This document shows, piece after piece, positions 1 to 9,600 of a stretch of DNA of 64,000 nt. Under the pieces are notes generated by a model. The model ran no database searches, had not been told where the DNA came from, and worked only from the letters and a program-made list of their open reading frames with translations. The position numbers and the translations under genes are program-made. The stretch's first letter is position 1, and each line of letters starts with the position of its first letter. This DNA is from a virus: the IMG/VR virus record IMGVR_UViG_3300008116_000011, positions 110,438 to 174,437 of that record; one strand, written 5' to 3'.

Positions 1-1062
1 TTCAATAATATCACTTTTAGCACCTGTTCTATTTGCTTGTGAAGGTGTTACAATAGGTAATCCTAATTCACGAGCTAATCCTCGAACACTAGTGTATATA
101 TCTTCTGTTCCTTCTAATCTATCACGAGCTGTGTTTTTAAGCAAGTCGATATAATCAATAAAGATGATATCTGGTATAAATTCATATTGAGTTTTAAGTT
201 GTTCAATATGTTGTTCAATATTGTCTAGTGTAGTTTTTCCTGATGCAAATTCTTTAATTTTAATTTTACCAGGTAAATTTTCTACTATTTGTTCAATTTC
301 AGCTCTATGTTTTGTAATTTGATCTACAGGTACATTTAGAATGTTTGCGTCAATACGTCTTGCAACATATGTTTCACTTAATTCAAGTGTATAATACAAT
401 ACATTATATCCTAATTTAGCAGCATGAGCAGCCATTGCAATAATAGCCCACGATTTACCTCCACCAGGATTACCAAATACAATACCTAATTCACCTTTAC
501 CAATACCTCCTTGTGTAATATTATTAAATGTATCCCAAGGAAATGGAATAGGTCCTCTATTATCTTCACGATAACGAGTTTCAACATCTTTTTCATATTC
601 ATGTCCTATTGATCTTACTTCACCTATTTTAAGTGCGTTAAGAATAATTTGACGAATAGAATCAAAATCATTTGTAACAAGCAAATCTGCTGATGTTACA
701 ATTGCTTTTTTCATTTGTTGGTTTTTACAAAAACCTAAAAATTCATCTTTAATGTATTGGATATCTGTTTGTTCTGATTCACGATATGCTTGTACTAGCT
801 GTTCTTTAATAGCAATTTTAAGTACATCGTTATCTATTTTTTGCACTTCAACTTTAATAGCATCCATTGACGGAACAGTGTGATACTTATTAAAATATTT
901 AAGTATTTCTTTGATAATCCATTGATGAGACGTGTTTTCAAAGTATTCATCGCTTAATGATTCAGAAATAGTAATTAAAAAATCTCGATCTGTCAGCAAG
1001 GCACCCATTACTTTTGTTTGGAAAGTAGGTCCGTACTGAGATAATTTACTCAGAGTTGTCAT
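1..1062 (-). CDS. DnaB/T4 gp41-like replicative helicase (partial, runs off the window start)
   Basis: Not in the ORF track. Manual translation from ATG at 1062 gives MTTLSKLSQYGPTFQTKV..., with Walker A VFGNPGGGKSW (~450-480) and Walker B-like IIFIDYIDLL. Confidence 0.9.
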   Translation of the reverse strand, partial: MTTLSKLSQYGPTFQTKVMGALLTDRDFLITISESLSDEYFENTSHQWIIKEILKYFNKYHTVPSMDAIKVEVQKIDNDVLKIAIKEQLVQAYRESEQTDIQYIKDEFLGFCKNQQMKKAIVTSADLLVTNDFDSIRQIILNALKIGEVRSIGHEYEKDVETRYREDNRGPIPFPWDTFNNITQGGIGKGELGIVFGNPGGGKSWAIIAMAAHAAKLGYNVLYYTLELSETYVARRIDANILNVPVDQITKHRAEIEQIVENLPGKIKIKEFASGKTTLDNIEQHIEQLKTQYEFIPDIIFIDYIDLLKNTARDRLEGTEDIYTSVRGLARELGLPIVTPSQANRTGAKSDIIE

Positions 1063-1080
1063 ACGTAACTTTTATTTTTG

Positions 1081-1112
1081 TAAATATACTATTTTAAAAT
1101 AAGGGATCCAAA
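1081..1112 (-). promoter_or_regulatory. Class A promoter (Bacteroidota-type -33/-7) for the helicase
   Basis: Minus strand reads TTTG(GATCCC)-N20-TATATTTA. Confidence 0.7.
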
Positions 1113-2114
1113 AGTTTCTACTAACCATCCTTGGGTGTTACCAATAGAATTTTTTAGACCATCAGTCTCATAAAGCATTAAAAAACCACCTATATTTAAA
1201 TTATTTATATCCTCATTTAGTGATTCAAATATAACCTGTTGATCAGGTTGAGAAATATTAGGTGATCTAAGATTCATCAATTGATAATTAATATCTAGTT
1301 GATGTTTAAAATCTAAAACACTACCATATAAAGCATTAACGTCAATATTATCTTGACATACTTCATATATTTCTCTTAAAGTATATTCAATATCATCACT
1401 TAGAGCAAATAATTTTACTGCTTTTTTAGGTCCTATTCCTTTTACTCCTGGAAGATTATCTGATTGATCTCCCATTAGTGTTTTGTAAAGTAAAAAATTA
1501 TTAGGATGCACTCCAAATTCTTCAAGTACATCTTTAGTTTTATATGTTTTACGTTTAGTAGGAGAGTAAACTGATGTTTTGTCACTAATTAATTGGTAGA
1601 AGTCTTTATCAGCAGACATAATAGTAATTTCTTTACATTCTTTATCATTTTCAAAATGATTAACAATGTATCCTATACTATCATCTGCTTCTATTTTATC
1701 AATTGAAACTAAAGTGACAGGAAGCTGTTTTAAATATTGGATAAGGCGAGTCATTTGCCCAACCATCGCTTCGCTTTCATCGTCCTTATTTTCAAATACA
1801 TCCCAATTAGTAACGCGAGTAACATTTCTATTTCCTTTGTATTGTGGATATAGGTTTTTCTTATTATTAGTACTACCTAAACCATCAAATACTAGTACTA
1901 CTCGGGTAGGACGGAAAGTTTTAATAGCGTATCCAACACTTCTTAGATATCCCACAAGACCACCAATATGGTGGCCTGCAGGATTCATAAGGTTAACAGT
2001 AGAGAAACTACGAATAAAAGTATTCATTGAATCTACTATAAGTATTCTACTGTTACGTGTTGGTTTTTCTCCTAAGGAATTAATAATTTGGTTTAAAAAC
2101 TTTTTGTCAAACAT
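1089..2114 (-). CDS. 5'-3' exonuclease / flap endonuclease (T4 RNase H or PolI 5'-exo-like)
   Basis: Motifs LIVDSMN, VFDG, YKGNR, EADD, SADKDFYQL and GDQSDNLPGVKGIGPK (H3TH). Confidence 0.92.
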   Translation of the reverse strand: MFDKKFLNQIINSLGEKPTRNSRILIVDSMNTFIRSFSTVNLMNPAGHHIGGLVGYLRSVGYAIKTFRPTRVVLVFDGLGSTNNKKNLYPQYKGNRNVTRVTNWDVFENKDDESEAMVGQMTRLIQYLKQLPVTLVSIDKIEADDSIGYIVNHFENDKECKEITIMSADKDFYQLISDKTSVYSPTKRKTYKTKDVLEEFGVHPNNFLLYKTLMGDQSDNLPGVKGIGPKKAVKLFALSDDIEYTLREIYEVCQDNIDVNALYGSVLDFKHQLDINYQLMNLRSPNISQPDQQVIFESLNEDINNLNIGGFLMLYETDGLKNSIGNTQGWLVETFGSLILK

Positions 2115-3196
2115 TATTCTGGTTCTTGTTCAAATCCCACATCATGAATAAGATCATCTCTTTCCTCAACAATATCAAAATCGTTTGTACCAAGTTTTTC
2201 AAGCCACTCTGCTGAGTGTAGCTTTTTGTATTCATCAATTGCTTTTTTATCATCATCAATAAAACCATGAGTAGTCATGATGATAGTTCCTTTTGATGAA
2301 ATACCATTTACGTGGTTCTTTTCAACTTGAATTTTAGTACGTTTAGCAAATTCAACGTCTTTACCGTTTTTGGTTGCTTTAATTTTGTTTGTACCAGCAT
2401 TTGATACATTACCAAATGTAATGATAAATGTTGCATCATACCACATTGCCATTCCACCTTTATTCATCATTTTAGGTTGAGACATTGGTGTTTCTGCCTT
2501 TGCTGTCCAAACTTTATTAACACATACTAATGTATTTGTATAGGGGTAAGATTCCTTACGTGATAATAGGATCTTTTGGTTTACACCGTTAGAAAATTGA
2601 GTTGACATTGCACCTGCAATCCACTCATTATTATTTTTTCCTGAGTTGAGTGACATTTGGCACGTAATACTTCCAATTGAATCCCAAAAGAATGCTAAGT
2701 CATGAGGCAGATTACCTTTCTTTTGTTCATCTAATAAATCAGAAATAAAAGATGCTACGTCTTCAACTGTATTTAGGTTGCTTCTATCAGCAAATATAAA
2801 GAAACCATTATAATCCGCTACGGCACCATTTTCATCAGGTATTTCCTCAAATTGCAGACCCATTTCACGAGCATGCTCCCAATTCCATTTCATCTCTGTG
2901 ATTAGGAATACAGGTAATACACCCATTTTTTGAGCTGCTACTGCTGCTTCTAACATTGCTGTTGTTTTGCCTGTATCCGAGTGACCACGTAACAAAGTTA
3001 TGTGGCCCATCGGAATACCAGGTACAGAAGTAACATCTTGAAAAGCTTGTGATAGTGGAATCCACTTTTGTTCTTTAAATTTAACAGCTGTAGTTAGATA
3101 TTTTGCCTGTTTAAAAGCATCTAAATCAAATGACTTGCCAGGAGAACTTTTAATGGCAGAAGATGCTGCCTCATTTAAACTTTTACCACGAGCCAT
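2114..3196 (-). CDS. RecA/UvsX-like recombinase
   Basis: GIPMGHITLLRGHSDTGKT Walker A, WDSIGS Walker B, GG..M.Y and KNHV RecA-like segments. Confidence 0.88.
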   Translation of the reverse strand: MARGKSLNEAASSAIKSSPGKSFDLDAFKQAKYLTTAVKFKEQKWIPLSQAFQDVTSVPGIPMGHITLLRGHSDTGKTTAMLEAAVAAQKMGVLPVFLITEMKWNWEHAREMGLQFEEIPDENGAVADYNGFFIFADRSNLNTVEDVASFISDLLDEQKKGNLPHDLAFFWDSIGSITCQMSLNSGKNNNEWIAGAMSTQFSNGVNQKILLSRKESYPYTNTLVCVNKVWTAKAETPMSQPKMMNKGGMAMWYDATFIITFGNVSNAGTNKIKATKNGKDVEFAKRTKIQVEKNHVNGISSKGTIIMTTHGFIDDDKKAIDEYKKLHSAEWLEKLGTNDFDIVEERDDLIHDVGFEQEPE

Positions 3197-3198
3197 AA

Positions 3199-4005
3199 TT
3201 ATTCGTTAAATAGGTCATTAAATTTGTCTGCTTTAGATTGCTTAGCCTGCAAGTTAAAATTTTGGTCTTGCTTTTTTTCCCAAGGTAAATCACCCTCTTC
3301 CTCTTCGTCCTTAGCAACAATTGGCTCTTCAGTATCTTCTTCAGGATTAGCCCATTTTTGGAAGATTTCGTTCAAGCTCTCATAAGTGTGATGCTTATTA
3401 ATTGCTAAAATGTCAGGTTGCTCTTCAAGCCAACCATTAATGGCATCAGCATCATCAGAAAGTGGAGTTGTTTTTACACGTGGGGTAAGGTTACATTTAA
3501 TACCTTTACGACCTGCAATGTCTGCTTCAACAGCTTCAATGACAAAATCACGACCATCTTGAATATCGGTATAATCACCGTAATCTTCATTCATGGCAAT
3601 GTTCATAAGTTGTGTGTAAAGTTCTTTACCAAATTCCCACAAACGAACACCCATTTGCTCTTCACCACGTACAATAACAGGAGCAAATACTCTCATTTTA
3701 GGAGTAATTTTCTTTGCCATCTGCCAATGATCAGGATTGTCTGATTTGCGAAGCTTTTGAGCTGCTTCTACAATTGGATCAGCTTCACCCCAGTTGGTTA
3801 GTGCAAGGATAGGTCCTTTTGTGTAGCCATAGTGAAAATAAATTTCACGGAATGGAGTCGATTTGTTAAACTTAGAAGGAACAATACGAATCTGGTATTT
3901 ACCAGCTTTTGGTTTCCAGAAAATCTTTGTGTAGTCGATTTTCTCTCTTTTTTCTCCTTTACTCTGGAAGGAGTCCAGTTTGTTTTTAATTAATGATAAA
4001 TCCAT
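3199..4005 (-). CDS. Single-stranded DNA-binding protein (gp32-like)
   Basis: FWKP..G...IRIVP N-terminus, DYTDIQDGRD motif, acidic C-terminal tail; lies next to the recombinase. Confidence 0.8.
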   Translation of the reverse strand: MDLSLIKNKLDSFQSKGEKREKIDYTKIFWKPKAGKYQIRIVPSKFNKSTPFREIYFHYGYTKGPILALTNWGEADPIVEAAQKLRKSDNPDHWQMAKKITPKMRVFAPVIVRGEEQMGVRLWEFGKELYTQLMNIAMNEDYGDYTDIQDGRDFVIEAVEADIAGRKGIKCNLTPRVKTTPLSDDADAINGWLEEQPDILAINKHHTYESLNEIFQKWANPEEDTEEPIVAKDEEEEGDLPWEKKQDQNFNLQAKQSKADKFNDLFNE

Positions 4006-4027
4006 AACATTTTTTATTTTGTGACAA

Positions 4028-4059
4028 TAAATATAAGAAATTAGGATTGGGTATCCAAA
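4028..4059 (-). promoter_or_regulatory. Class A promoter for SSB/recombinase/exonuclease
   Basis: TTTG(GATACC)-N20-TATATTTA. Confidence 0.7.
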
Positions 4060-4083
4060 AACGGTACTGGTTTTATTTTATTA

Positions 4084-4404
4084 TTACATAAGATCCCTTA
4101 ACCATTGCAATACTTCCCTTAATTCATCATCTTTTAAATGATATATATCTTCAGAAGTAATATAACCTTTTTCATCAAAAGCATCAATAAAACCATATTC
4201 TAATCCTATACGCTCTAATTCCTCGCGTAAAACATTATAATACCCCACATATGGATCACCATCCCACTGATGTTCAGCTTTACGAGCTAAATTATTAAAT
4301 AAATCAACTATACCTAGGAATTGTGGTTGTACAGGTACAACTTTAGCCTCATTAATTCCTGCTAGTTTTTGCAGGCGTTGAGCTTCTGTGATGTACTGTT
4401 TCAT
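4084..4404 (-). CDS. Hypothetical protein with shared leader MKQYITEAQRLQKLAGINE-AKVVP (putative capsid-internal cargo)
   Basis: Leader shared with the ORFs ending at 40966, 41298, 49546 and 57384. Confidence 0.7.
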   Translation of the reverse strand: MKQYITEAQRLQKLAGINEAKVVPVQPQFLGIVDLFNNLARKAEHQWDGDPYVGYYNVLREELERIGLEYGFIDAFDEKGYITSEDIYHLKDDELREVLQWLRDLM

Positions 4405-4415
4405 GGATATAAATA
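4358..4415 (-). repeat. Dispersed 58-bp repeat copy 1 (late-promoter motif + start + leader codons)
   Basis: 53/58 identical to 57718-57775 by manual alignment. Confidence 0.9.
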
Positions 4416-4850
4416 CTAGATCTCTACTATCTTGTAGATCTTAGTGTGTACTTTCCTTAAACCACCGTCTTGAGTAAGCAATATAGTATTGCGGTGATCC
4501 AACCAATTAACTCTATAATTAGTATCTAATATACCTCCGTTTAATTCACGAATTAATGCATTAAGAGCATTAATTGTATATAATGTATTACTTTCTTTTT
4601 TGCGATGCAGCAATATTGTATTGGAAAGAGCATTTTGTGAATTGTTATTCACAATATCAATGTTGTAAGTAAGAATTAATTCATCTGTATCTGGTGATTC
4701 CAATACAAATATTTTATTATATAAAATAGCATAACGCGTAGTTAAGCTATTTAATGTCTCATCTAATCTGTTGTGCTCAATAAAGGTGCAAAATAATTTA
4801 TTTCCCGCCATTTCATCAATAAGAATGTTCTCAAATTCATAACTGGTCAT
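4416..4850 (-). CDS. Hypothetical protein (start probably 4850 rather than 4877)
   Basis: ORF track. ATG at 4850 overlaps an ATATTTAT motif. Confidence 0.6.
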   Translation of the reverse strand: MTSYEFENILIDEMAGNKLFCTFIEHNRLDETLNSLTTRYAILYNKIFVLESPDTDELILTYNIDIVNNNSQNALSNTILLHRKKESNTLYTINALNALIRELNGGILDTNYRVNWLDHRNTILLTQDGGLRKVHTKIYKIVEI

Positions 4851-4883
4851 AAATATGGGGTGTTCTAGTGTAGACATTATGTT

Positions 4884-6161
4884 TTAGTTTAATCCGTTAT
4901 AGTTAGTTCCTGTTTTTACTCGTACAGGGTATTGGAGTTTAGCGATAAGTTCATTGATTTTTTGCGTTTCTTCACGCGATACATCAATAAGCACAGAATC
5001 GTATGTGTATAGTATTATACGTGATTTTAATGGTCTAAATTCATTAAATAATGAATAAAATTGTGTGACATTCTGCGAAGTCTCATAATTCTGAATGTAG
5101 TAGTTTAATATTTTTTGTGGGTTAGGGTTGTCAATATCTTTTAGTCTAAAGCGTTTACCAGATAGCATTTCAATAAACCCACTATAGTTAATAGTGTCCC
5201 ATAGATCTTCGGTAAATGCTTGTATATTTTTAAAAAATGGTTTACTTTGCAATTCAGGTCTAATACCTCCATACAAATTTTGGAATGTTATTTCTTTAAC
5301 TTTAGATGTATCGGGGTTGTTTAGTATTTTTCCTATTTGACTATATACACTTGTTTCTTTATCAAACTTGTAGTCTACAATTGTACCAAGAAGACGCGGA
5401 TGGTACCCGTTAAAGTCAATTTCAATAAATAAATCGTTGTGTGGTATAAAACATTCACGTTCACCATTTTCTTTATTTAAGGCAGCAAAGTTTATACCAT
5501 TGAAGCTATTAGAAGGGCGCCCAGTGAGAGTAAATAAATTATAAGAAGTGTAAATAACTCCTTGTTTGACTGAAAAATGCGGTGTAAGGTGGTTTTCATG
5601 ATACTTAATAAAACATGTTTTATCTAATTTAATACCTTCTTTTTCTATCTTAAAAAACACCTCGATTGCTTTATTCATAGCATCAGTGTTTTTAAGTAGG
5701 TAAGGTTTTACTACATCATAAATATTCTCACAATACTCATAATGTTTAGAGATAGGTATAAGCTCATTAACATTTTTTAAAGAACCATGCTCACGATAAA
5801 AATTAGAGATAATTATTGGTTCGCATTTATCAAAATCAAACCTACTATTTTCTGTTAAAGCATAATGAAATGAGGCATCATTAATTTTACCACTAAGAAA
5901 ATATTTAGTATACTTTGCATCAACAGCATACAATTCCTTTTCGGATAGATATTTTTTAATTGTTTGCCATTTTAAACTAAGCGATTCACTATGCTTAATA
6001 CAAAATATATAACCTTTACTATTAAATGGCTTTACATACACAAGTGAAACTTCGGCAATAGCAGGATGATAATTGTTGTTATTTGTAATTATATGAACAA
6101 AACATTTATCAAAGGGAGGTATGTGTTGTAACTGTTCTTCTTTCTCAATAATATAAAACAT
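4884..6161 (-). CDS. Compact family A DNA polymerase-like protein
   Basis: TLTGRPSN (TGRxS), motif A EIDFNGYHPR, motif B KEITFQNLYG, motif C LYTYDSVLID. Confidence 0.8.
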   Translation of the reverse strand: MFYIIEKEEQLQHIPPFDKCFVHIITNNNNYHPAIAEVSLVYVKPFNSKGYIFCIKHSESLSLKWQTIKKYLSEKELYAVDAKYTKYFLSGKINDASFHYALTENSRFDFDKCEPIIISNFYREHGSLKNVNELIPISKHYEYCENIYDVVKPYLLKNTDAMNKAIEVFFKIEKEGIKLDKTCFIKYHENHLTPHFSVKQGVIYTSYNLFTLTGRPSNSFNGINFAALNKENGERECFIPHNDLFIEIDFNGYHPRLLGTIVDYKFDKETSVYSQIGKILNNPDTSKVKEITFQNLYGGIRPELQSKPFFKNIQAFTEDLWDTINYSGFIEMLSGKRFRLKDIDNPNPQKILNYYIQNYETSQNVTQFYSLFNEFRPLKSRIILYTYDSVLIDVSREETQKINELIAKLQYPVRVKTGTNYNGLN

Positions 6162-6180
6162 AACCTTTATCTTTATACAT

Positions 6181-6212
6181 TAAATGTATGTATAAAACTT
6201 TAGGTTACCAAA
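6181..6212 (-). promoter_or_regulatory. Class A promoter for the polymerase
   Basis: TTTG(GTAACC)-N20-TACATTTA. Confidence 0.7.
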
Positions 6213-6673
6213 AATTCTCTTAACCCTGGCATTTGTTGATTGGCTTCATCTAACGTTGTTGTATTAGGATTGTATTGTATTACCTGATAATCTGAAGCTG
6301 ATTTATTTGTTAATTCATTGTATGCTTTTTGATCTATTTCTTTTATAAGGATGTTTGGATTAGTTAAGTCTTTATAGAAATATCTTATCTCACTTCCTTT
6401 TGTATTAAAAACAGAACCTGCTTTTGTAGGTAAAGTACCAGCAGCTAATGCACCGGCAGCAGCTGCAGCAGCTCCTAAAAGATTATATTTTTCTAATGGT
6501 TTAGAATTTTCAGTATATGTTTTGCCACTAAAATATTTGTTACCATTTATTATACTGTAGAACCCAATGTATGGAAGTTTTGATCGTACAAAACGTAAAG
6601 AAATATTTTTTCCAATACCAGTACCATTGGTATATTGATTTTCTACAATTTTATTTTTTGGCACTTGAATCAT
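6200..6673 (-). CDS. Hypothetical protein, last gene of the baseplate cluster
   Basis: ORF track. Start overlaps the stop of the upstream 1302-aa gene. Confidence 0.6.
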   Translation of the reverse strand: MIQVPKNKIVENQYTNGTGIGKNISLRFVRSKLPYIGFYSIINGNKYFSGKTYTENSKPLEKYNLLGAAAAAAGALAAGTLPTKAGSVFNTKGSEIRYFYKDLTNPNILIKEIDQKAYNELTNKSASDYQVIQYNPNTTTLDEANQQMPGLREFLVT

Positions 6674-9600
6674 TAGAATACAATTTTAATATCTTTAACA
6701 CCCAGTACAGATTTTTTTCCTACTCCCGTACGAGTATAAGTTAATGTTACTCCTATTTGTGCTAGTTTTGCTTTTATAGAATCAGTTGTTATTAAATCTT
6801 CGTCTCCAAGTTCACTGTTTAATATATTTTCTATATTTACAAGTTTATTTATTTGAGCAAATGTTTCTTTATCTTTTATTCTACCTATTGCATTAACTAA
6901 ACCTTTTTCATCCGTTCCAGCTCCTCCAATTCCAGGAGAGGCAGCTTTGTTAATGTCACTAATAATAGAATTTATCTCAGCGTTAGGATCAGTAGGTGAT
7001 GTATAATTACCAAATTCACCAGCTCTTATACGTGCTAATATGTCTTGAGTATATTCTATTCTTTTACCTGTTTCTGGTGCCCTTAATACTTCATCATATG
7101 TTACTCCATCTAGTATAGTTATGCCAGCGTATCTTTCATAAAAAGCAGCAGCTACAATTGCTTCTTCTAATGTTTTGGATCTTTTTAATCTATCTCCTGC
7201 ATTTTTTTCATCCTCGCTAAATTCTTCAATAACAAAATTTAATTGAGTTATTAAACTAGTAGGTTCTGCTTTAGATAATAATTTTGTTTTTCTATAACTT
7301 AACCATTGAGCTATTCCTATTGCTCCTATACTGTTTACTATTTCAGGATTTACTCTAGATTCTTGAACAAATCCTCCTACTAAAGCAGCTACCTGGATGT
7401 CAGTAAATCCTTTATCTAAGAAGAAACGAACTGCCTTTCTTAAATTATTTTGATTTATAGTTTTAGTACTTAATCGTGCAATAGGTACTCCTCCAGCAGA
7501 TATAGTAATAATTCGTTCTCCAGGTTTAGGTCCAGGATATTCTTGTTGTTTCCAATCTTTAAGAACATTTGTTCCTTGTTTAAGCTCATATATAATAGGA
7601 TATGCTTTTAATGTTGTAGTCCAATCATTATCTTGAATAGTATGTTCTATTCTAGTTACTATGTATGCTACTCGTCTGTCAGATGTTGATTTATAGCCTT
7701 TAGGGATAATATCTTGATTTATAGTGAAAATATTACCTATTACAATTCCTCCAATGCCATCTAAAGTAACAGATAATTCTGTTGGTATAATTGCTTTAAA
7801 ATTATTTCTTTCATCAATTCTAGCTAGGTATGCTAAAAAATCTCTATAAGCAAAATTTAACCCTCCATAAGCAAAGCTAAGATTATCTTTAGCACGTCCT
7901 TGAGTAGCTTGAAAATAATCGTACATTTTAGTTAAAAAAGGATATATAAAAGTAACAGGATTATCTTCTTTATCTAATTTAATTAAAGAGGTAAAATCAC
8001 GTTTTGGTATTAATCTATCAACTATCCCATTATTCCATGCTACTAATGTAGCGTTATCATATCCCAATTTACCAATACCCGTAACATCTTGAGCACTAAT
8101 CGCTATAATTGACCCCATTTCTGGGAATATTTTAGATTGGAAACTATAGCTACGTACTATGGAATTTAGATTATGTATTTGTAGTAGAAAGAGATCTTCT
8201 GTTGGTTCTTCTGTATAATTAATATCTATAATTCTTCCAATTGCATTTCTATTATCTACTTGTAGATCAAAATTATTTATGTTTCCTAAACTATTTTGTA
8301 TTTCTCTTAAAATACCTTGTAAATATTCTCTAATAGATATTACGCTTTTATTTTGGGTGTCATTAGAAGCAACATTTCTAGAAATAGCTTGTGAATATAA
8401 GAAATTTATATTTACATAAATATTTGCAATATTACCTATAGATTTTGTTTGTTCTGAAGTAATAGGGAGTAAAAATTCATTTATATCTGAGCTTACTCCG
8501 GGAGCTTTGGATGCTTCATTAGCTAATGCATCTACTACCTCAGGTATTTCTTTAGTTAGTTGTTCTTGAATAAGGGTATTTATTGGTACTCGTGTAAGAG
8601 CAGATTCCAATAAAGCTTTTATATCTTCACGTTTCCATGTTCTATTTTGATCTCTAAGAATATTTCTTCCACCCGCTGGGTCTTCATCAAATCCCCATAT
8701 TCTATTTCCATCATAATCTTCTATAAATAAATCTTTATATGCTTGGTTTATTTTTTCTTCAAAAGTAAGAGAAGTAATTTCGGCTCCTTTTTTACCTGTT
8801 CTATCAGCTTCTGTTTGGCTTTGATAAAAATAATCAAAAAAGTTTATTGTTTTTGCATTCTCAGCAAATGTAGAAGAAATAAATGATCTTGCTCCATTTG
8901 GTGCAAACAAGAAAGTAGGAACTTGTTTACCGTTAACGTTCCTTACATCTACTTTTAAAATAGCATTTAATAAATCAGAAGCTAATGCTTCAACATCTGC
9001 TGCTAAGTCTCCTGCATACACGTAATTATTGTCATCTGCAGGATTGGTTATTTTATTTTGAAATCTGTTAGCTACATTTCCTGGGTTTTCAAATGATCCT
9101 TTACTAATAGCTATTAAAATATCATTTTTTACAGATTTAGCTGGGAGTGTTGTGGTTTGGTTTGATTCTTCATCTTTAGCTGCATTTTCTGCTTGTATTA
9201 CTAGTGATTGCCAGTTATCATTTCTTACTAGGCAAACTCCTAAGTTGGTAGATATAGAAAGAGGATTAGCTATACATTTTAAAGAAGAAGGAACTTCAAT
9301 TGAATTTGAAGGTATAGGAATTTGTGGTATTTTACTTGAATTTAAAAACTCATTAGGCTTATATAATGGAAGTTTAGTAAAATCCTTTACTACTTGTTTC
9401 TTCTCAGTTAATACTCGACCACTAGCATCCATTTCATATGCTGTTACTTGAGATAAAGGATTATTATTTACGCCTTTAAGTAAAACATAGTTATTTAATA
9501 AGTCACAAAAACTACCTAAAGTTATATAGGCTTCAGCTAATATATCTTTTCCTAATGGTTTAGGATATCCGTTTCTATCATTTTGTGTAATAGCTGTATT

